DNA of 63,880 nucleotides, counting the filler, from Aduncisulcus paluster (taxonomy: Eukaryota), in NCBI GenBank assembly GCA_024181965.1. It is 7 parts of 7 records of this genome, joined end to end, with 100 filler letters (N's around TTAATTAATTAA, not from the genome) between each part and the next. Parts side by side here need not be neighbours in the genome. Positions count along the whole stretch, not along the records: positions 53,921 to 59,843 come from BQXS01012593.1; positions 59,944 to 62,618 come from BQXS01012619.1; positions 62,719 to 63,880 come from BQXS01013191.1; 4 more parts are not named here. One strand, given 5' to 3'. The notes beneath the pieces were generated by a model. That model ran no database searches, was not told the origin of the DNA, and saw nothing but the letters and a program-made list of their open reading frames with translations. A program made the position numbers and the translations under genes. The stretch's first letter is position 1; each line of letters opens with the position of its first letter. Shown here piece after piece: positions 58,103 through 63,880 of this stretch.

Positions 58103-58780
58103 TTACCACTTAAACGTGGGGGGATTTGGTTTGAATAGGCGAATAAAGAATAATACCCAAACTAAGAAAGAAAATGCGAAAAATACGAAAATTCCAACAA
58201 GAAATAATCTTCCCTTATATTCTGTTTCAATATAATCTGCTATTCGACATTCTTTCATCATAAATTGGGAAAAGCCGGAAGAAGCAGGAGGATTACCACT
58301 AAAAGATAAATTACGGGGGGTTTTACCAGATTTCTGCTGTAATGATGGTAATATTGGGAAATAAATTGAAGGAGTCTCTGAAAATAGAGGTTTTCTGTCT
58401 TTTCCAGATGATTTAATTTTTTTGTGGCTTGATTTTGATGATGGGGAGGGGATTAATGAAGGAATCATTCTCATATATCTAATAAATTGTTCTGCCCAAA
58501 TTGAAAAGAATTTAACGCCACATTTGTCTATAGGACCATCAGAAATGAAATATAAAGAGGTGAGATATTCTTGAGGCACAATTAAAGAATTAGGCACAGT
58601 AAAATCATCAACAAAAGATAATGGAATCGAAGCAGGATTTAATAGTTCAGATATTGAAGTTACTAAGTCTTCAACTGGAGATATATCGAAAAAGAAATAC
58701 AAAACTGGAATAAGATTCAAATTACAAATAAAAGACTGTGTAAGAGAAATAATATTTCTAATCATACATGTTTCTCCCAT
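58103..58780 (-). CDS. Hypothetical protein with a C-terminal TM helix
   Basis: 225-aa ORF with LFLVGIFVFFAFSFLVWVLFFI near the C-terminus. Confidence 0.6.
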   Translation of the reverse strand: MGETCMIRNIISLTQSFICNLNLIPVLYFFFDISPVEDLVTSISELLNPASIPLSFVDDFTVPNSLIVPQEYLTSLYFISDGPIDKCGVKFFSIWAEQFIRYMRMIPSLIPSPSSKSSHKKIKSSGKDRKPLFSETPSIYFPILPSLQQKSGKTPRNLSFSGNPPASSGFSQFMMKECRIADYIETEYKGRLFLVGIFVFFAFSFLVWVLFFIRLFKPNPPTFKW

Positions 58781-59021
58781 TAATATGGTGTGGACAACTT
58801 GTTTTGGGGCAAAATGGAATTTTACAAAAAAATTTGTAAATTTTATTCAGAGAGTTATACCTTTGCTGGAATCGTTATTTCAGAAGCTTTTTCTATGCAC
58901 AATCAATAAATTCCAAAATAACAGAAACTTGAATTTACAACAAAATATAATATTTTAAATATTCATCCATTTCAACGTGAAAATCAACTTCCATATCACT
59001 AATTTTAGCATAAAGAGAGAT

Positions 59022-59255
59022 TTAAAAACCTCCTCTAAGACGCATGGTAAGGTGGATGGTCGAATCTTGTGAGATACCACAATCATGAAGGGTATGAGCA
59101 TCTTGGAGAAGTTTACCGAGGAATATAAGGCGTTGTTCAGGAGGGGAAATTCCAATAACAGTATGAATCCTTCCTTTTAACTCAAGGACAGTTGAGGATG
59201 GTTCGACATCAAGCACAACATTAGGACCAGCTAACAAGACAACAAAGATCTGCAT
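59022..59255 (-). CDS. Divergent ubiquitin-like protein (77 aa, ends RLRGG-F)
   Basis: MQIFV...VEPS...EQRLIF.GK.L.D..TL.D..I...STIHL..RLRGG aligns to ubiquitin without gaps. Confidence 0.9.
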   Translation of the reverse strand: MQIFVVLLAGPNVVLDVEPSSTVLELKGRIHTVIGISPPEQRLIFLGKLLQDAHTLHDCGISQDSTIHLTMRLRGGF

Positions 59256-59785
59256 TTTAATGAATATTGCGATTCGCTCAGAATATATATTAACAAATGT
59301 TAGCAAAAAAGGGATAAAATGAACATCTCAATTGAGGATACATTACAATAGCTCGAAAACGAAAAAATGAGTATACAAGTGATGGAGGGATCTTATACCA
59401 TGGAAACAATGGAAATATTCGCATTATAGATCATGTATTGAGTACATTTGTGTGGTCATCGATGGATATAAAATGTTGATATGGCAGGAAAACTTGAGAT
59501 TCGTGATTTCGATCATTTCCTCTCGATTCTCTCTCGATGGAGTGGCAATACGAGGATATTCTGGGAATATTAAATCAAGGATAGAGTTTTACTACAAATA
59601 TTCAAGTCGAGATCATCAAGGGGATGAAAGATGAAAGATGAAGGGTGAAGGATGATCTAATCCAAAGAAAGGGATGGAACAATCATAATAACGATACGAA
59701 TACTTCTAAGAATAAGACAAATAGTAATGGAATATCATTATCATGTAAATGCTTGACACAAAGTAAATGGGGATGTAGAACACAT

Positions 59786-59843
59786 TCACAGACCTCCACG
59801 AAGACGGAGAACAAGATGAAGAGTAGAATCCTTCATGATGTTG
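59786..59843 (-). CDS. 3' end of a (poly)ubiquitin gene, cut by contig end; absent from the ORF track
   Basis: Minus strand reads NIMKDSTLHLVLRLRGGL-stop. Confidence 0.9.
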
Positions 59844-59943
59844 NNNNNNNNNNNNNNNNNNNNNNNNNNNNNNNNNNNNNNNNNNNNTTAATTAATTAAN
59901 NNNNNNNNNNNNNNNNNNNNNNNNNNNNNNNNNNNNNNNNNNN

Positions 59944-62389
59944 CTCTGGGATTCTTGGTATTCATTATTATAGTGCTGTGTGCAATGCTTCTTATTTTTG
60001 GATATGTTCAGGCTAATATTTTGTGTATTATCATTGGTTTGTTGACTCTTTTAATTCCCTTATCTATCGGTTCTTTCAAGTTATTCGATACTCGAGAAGA
60101 GGTTATCTAGTTTATAACAGTGATAGTACAATCAATTGGATTCTCTATTTGTCTCTACGTTTATCTGGATGACTTTCACAATATGAGTATGTCTGTCTTA
60201 ATCACTATAATAATGATTGGTGGTGATTTGTTGATAAACATGGTGGTTGGTGCTGTTTACATGATTAAAGAAACATCTCATGCATTGGCCTCAATCGGAC
60301 ATCCTCTCTTCATGTCCATCTTTACTCTGTTCGATTCCTTCTTTGTTGTGTCATCTATTGCACTCTGGATATCCAAAGCAGATTGGAAGATGGCACTGAC
60401 ATCGACTATATTGGCACTCTTCTTTGCATTCTTCGAAGTTTGTTCAGTGATAGGGTTCTTTGATAAATCTTCTTCCGGTTTTGTCAAACTATTTGGAGAT
60501 GCCTTTTTTGAGAGCATTGCCACCTCCATCTTTGCCCTTTTATGGATGCCAATGCTCATCCTTCCAATCTTCTATGATTTCGTCTTCTCTGAAAGTTACA
60601 GTCTGCACCCGTTATGTTGGGCTTCTGTATGTCTGGGTATCCCTTTCCTTGTTTTGATGATTTCTGGGTGGAAGGTTTATAGAGATAAACATTCAAAGAC
60701 GATTCTTTTGATGGATTTGCTCGTGAGTTTTGCGAGTACTGCTCTTGTGGCTGGGCTTTGGTTGTGTCATGATCAAGCTCTGGAGATTTCATTGATGGTT
60801 CTTGGTGGGATTGGTCTCGTTGTGTTCGTTGTGTTGCTTATATATACCAAGTGTAAGAAGCATCTACCCATCAGTTCTGTGACTGGTAATCCTAAAGACC
60901 CATGTCCAACGCATGTTGATGGCGATTCAAGGCTGGAAGCCGGGACTGATCTCCCAAAGGATACTCCTATATCAACAACTGCCTCCACTCTTTCTATTTC
61001 TTCTGCAACTCACCCGTCTCAAGCTTTGAAATCTGAAGAATCACCACTTGATGGGGTTTCTTGCTCAAACCTTGACCCAATTTCGGATGACCCCGCAAAA
61101 GTCGATTCCAAACCTAAAATTCCAACAAAATTGTCTGTTCATGCAGCCATTTCGAAACCTATTGAAGAGTTCAAATCTCAAGTTTCTGATTTGGAATGCG
61201 AAGAATCAATACATGATCATGGTATTCTTAGAAAGAATTCCAAAGCCTCAATATATTTTCAATTTCCTCAACAGGAATGATAAGAAACTCATTGGTACAT
61301 ATGGATTTACAATGGAATTTTGTAGGGGTGGGAGCATTTTAGAGTTTGCCAAACTCTGGTGTGTCAATAGAACATCAAGAGCAAGTGATGAAGAAGATTC
61401 CGATTCCCAAAGATCAATTGATGAAGAAGATTCTTCATACACATCCTCTAGCGATGATGACATATATCCATCTGAATCTGATAGAATATCTCCTGATTCA
61501 TATGATCCATTCAAAATAGCTTCCATTTGTGTTGCTGCTATCGAGTGTCTTGATGATGTTCAGCGGGAAATCGAAGTGAAAAAGAGGGAGAAATTTGCCC
61601 ACCGTGATATCAAACCTGAAAACTTTCTCGTTCCAATTGATCCAAAGACAAATGAATGTAGAGTTGTTCTTGGAGATTTGGGTTTGGTCAAACTTCAGGA
61701 TTCAGTTTTACATTCCTCGTCTTCATTAACATCTTCAGAGTACTCAGTGTCTAAAGGGGATATAGATAAGAAAGAAAAAGTTAAAGATAAAAAAGAAAGA
61801 AAAACAATTTGTGGTACACTCAATTACAACTCTCCTCAAGCTTTACGAGGATATCAAGATGCGAAAAGTGATGCATATTCATTGGGAATGACAATGTTTA
61901 CACTGTTTGATTGTGAGGCGCCATTCATGCGTTTTCCTGAATTCCAATTGAAGGTTCTTGAGCATGGTTCTCTTTCCGCTATTCTGCTTAACTTAATGAA
62001 AGGTTCTTCCCGATATTACAATGTGTCCCATATTTAAGAATTTAAGGGAAAGTCCTCAAGGAGGTGTGGAAGTTGCCGATTGTTTGGCCGAAGTATTTGT
62101 CGGATTGACTGAATTGGATTCCAAAAAAAGAATGTCTGTTCATGAAGCGAGAGAAGCAGTGCAGAAAATTAAACCATTTCTTCCTCGTTTTGGGTTGGAA
62201 GTCAAATGTCCATCAATTGAAGAGATTGTTCAGCGGCAATTGAAGAAATATAAGTATGATAAAGGAGAGATTGTTGATAAGAGAGACGTTGTTGCTGTTA
62301 TTGATGCAGAAATACCAAGTGATTCAGAATTAATAGTTCCAAAATGGGAAACAATTGATAGCAAATTGGAATTTAAGCAAATCCCTTGA
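59944..62389 (+). pseudogene. Disrupted multi-pass membrane + kinase gene, same kinase family as 837..5450
   Basis: In-frame TAG at 60108-60110, frame change near 61230 with the kinase N-lobe (GxGxFG, catalytic Lys) missing, second frameshift near 62005. Shared motifs YGFTMEFC.GGS, HRDIKPENFL, DLG, CGTLNYNS, KSDAYSLG, RMSVHEAR. Confidence 0.75.
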
Positions 62390-62718
62390 ATTAGGGATAT
62401 ATATATATGTAGTCCTTTTCAATTGGAGTATGGCTATGTCTGGCTTGGATTTATTCTTTGTGCTGAAACAGCTTGGAGAAATGCCGAGTCTTATTTATAA
62501 CTGAGATTAAGTCTAATATATAATATATAATATACAATATATCACGATCAGCATATCTCACAATGGAACAGTGGAACTCAATCTTTCGCAATACAGATTC
62601 ATGGACTGCTTATGGATCNNNNNNNNNNNNNNNNNNNNNNNNNNNNNNNNNNNNNNNNNNNNTTAATTAATTAANNNNNNNNNNNNNNNNNNNNNNNNNN
62701 NNNNNNNNNNNNNNNNNN

Positions 62719-63286
62719 TCCCTTCTTCATATTCGGTCATGCACAAAATACGTTCAATTCTTTCCTCCACATTCACAATGTTTATAATAGAATCCTGAAC
62801 AAATCCAAATTGGGAGGATAATTTCTCTTCTTTAATCGTTTTCCACAAATCCCTGACACTCCGACGTTCCTCTTCTCCCTTTTTCCTCTTTTCTTCTTCT
62901 TTCTTCCTCTTCCTCTTCTCTTCTTTCTTCCACTCATCCCGTCTCTTCTTCTCACCTTTCCTCAACTCGAGATCTCTTCTCTCACGCTCTCTCCAGCGTT
63001 CAACCCCAGCCACTAATTCCATACACACCCGTCTCTTCACTTCTCTACTCGACAATGCCAGTGCACGCGTTGGAAGCCTGCACAGAGAAGTTCCAGATAT
63101 ACAGAAAGACAGCGTGGACATCACAGAGAGAATGAGGGAAGGGGAAGGGTCATGTCTAATGGAAGGGATGATAGGCCAGCATTTCATATTGACAAGATAT
63201 TCAGAGAGTCTCGACATATCCTTCAGTTCAGATGAAGAACAATACTGGTGTCTCCAGTCACATCTTGTGGTTGCAAGGAAAGATCG
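62719..63286 (-). CDS. Internal fragment of a hypothetical protein with a charged coiled coil
   Basis: Frame is open from the satellite boundary to the contig end; E/K/R-rich helix. Confidence 0.6.
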
Positions 63287-63880
63287 GTATAGTACAGTAT
63301 AGTAGTAGTACAGTATAGTATAGTACAGTATAGTACAGTATAGTACAGTATAGTACAGTATAGTATAGTACAGTATAGTAGTACAGTATAGTACAGTATA
63401 GTACAGTATAGTATAGTACAGTATAGTATAGTACAGTATAGTATAGTACAGTATAGTACAGTATAGTATAGTACAGTATAGTACAGTATAGTATAGTAGT
63501 ATAGTATATAGTACAGTATAGTATAGTACAGTATAGTACAGTATAGTATAGTACAGTATAGTACAGTATAGTACAGTATAGTACAGTATAGTACAGTATA
63601 GTACAGTATAGTACAGTATAGTACTAGTATAGTACAGTATAGTACAGTATAGTACAGTATAGTACAGTATAGTACAGTATAGTATAGTAGTATAGTATAT
63701 AGTACAGTATAGTATAGTACAGTATAGTACAGTATAGTATAGTACAGTATAGTAAGTATAGTACAGTATAGTACAGTATAGTACAGTATAGTACAGTATA
63801 GTACAGTATAGTACAGTATAGTACAGTATAGTACAGTATAGTACAGTATAGTACAGTATAGTACAGTATAGTACAGTATA
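63287..63880. repeat. Satellite of AGTAT/AGTAC pentamers, mostly (AGTATAGTAC)n
   Basis: About 590 bp of alternating pentamers with occasional AGT or AT indels, running to the window end. Confidence 0.98.

Noticed and set aside
60108..60110. In-frame TAG as evidence of a TAR=Gln code like hexamitid diplomonads
   Set aside because: Conserved genes here (RPL8, RPL14, Rpn10, RPC19, Argonaute) end at TAA/TAG and have none internally; this locus has other lesions.
6210..62718. Six TTAATTAATTAA palindromes as biological elements, and gene neighbourhoods across them
   Set aside because: They are identical N-padded six-frame-stop linkers added when contigs were concatenated.
63287..63880. CRISPR array or telomere
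   Set aside because: No unique spacers and no G-rich telomeric unit; it is a simple satellite.

Overview
This is eukaryotic, gene-dense, standard-code nuclear DNA, not a prokaryotic region. PFOR, the flagellar protein CFAP44, short GT(A)YGT-AG introns and an expanded repeat-kinase family point to an anaerobic flagellate, probably a free-living fornicate metamonad such as Aduncisulcus (inference). The window is seven sequences joined by six artificial 100-bp N44-TTAATTAATTAA-N44 spacers, so adjacency across spacers means nothing. It also has five 20-N scaffold gaps and two false tandem duplications that break real genes. Recognisable genes include RPL8, RPL14, ALG1, a CBM20-GDPD, a ZGRF1-like helicase, CFAP44, partial PFOR, a UBX protein, a Rab-like GTPase, VPS45, dynactin p62, a Piwi-type Argonaute, RPAC2, Rpn10 and two ubiquitin-family genes. 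Eleven introns were reconstructed by hand. Best leads: (1) a pair of box C/D snoRNAs upstream of RPL14 whose guides pair with adjacent conserved LSU rRNA sites; (2) an intact, codon-biased Piwi-like Argonaute whose second catalytic Asp is replaced (RDG to RGG); (3) a kinase module carrying either five tandem beta-sandwich-like repeats or a multi-pass membrane domain; (4) a divergent ubiquitin keeping only K27 and K48; (5) a DOC-BTB-SH3 protein.
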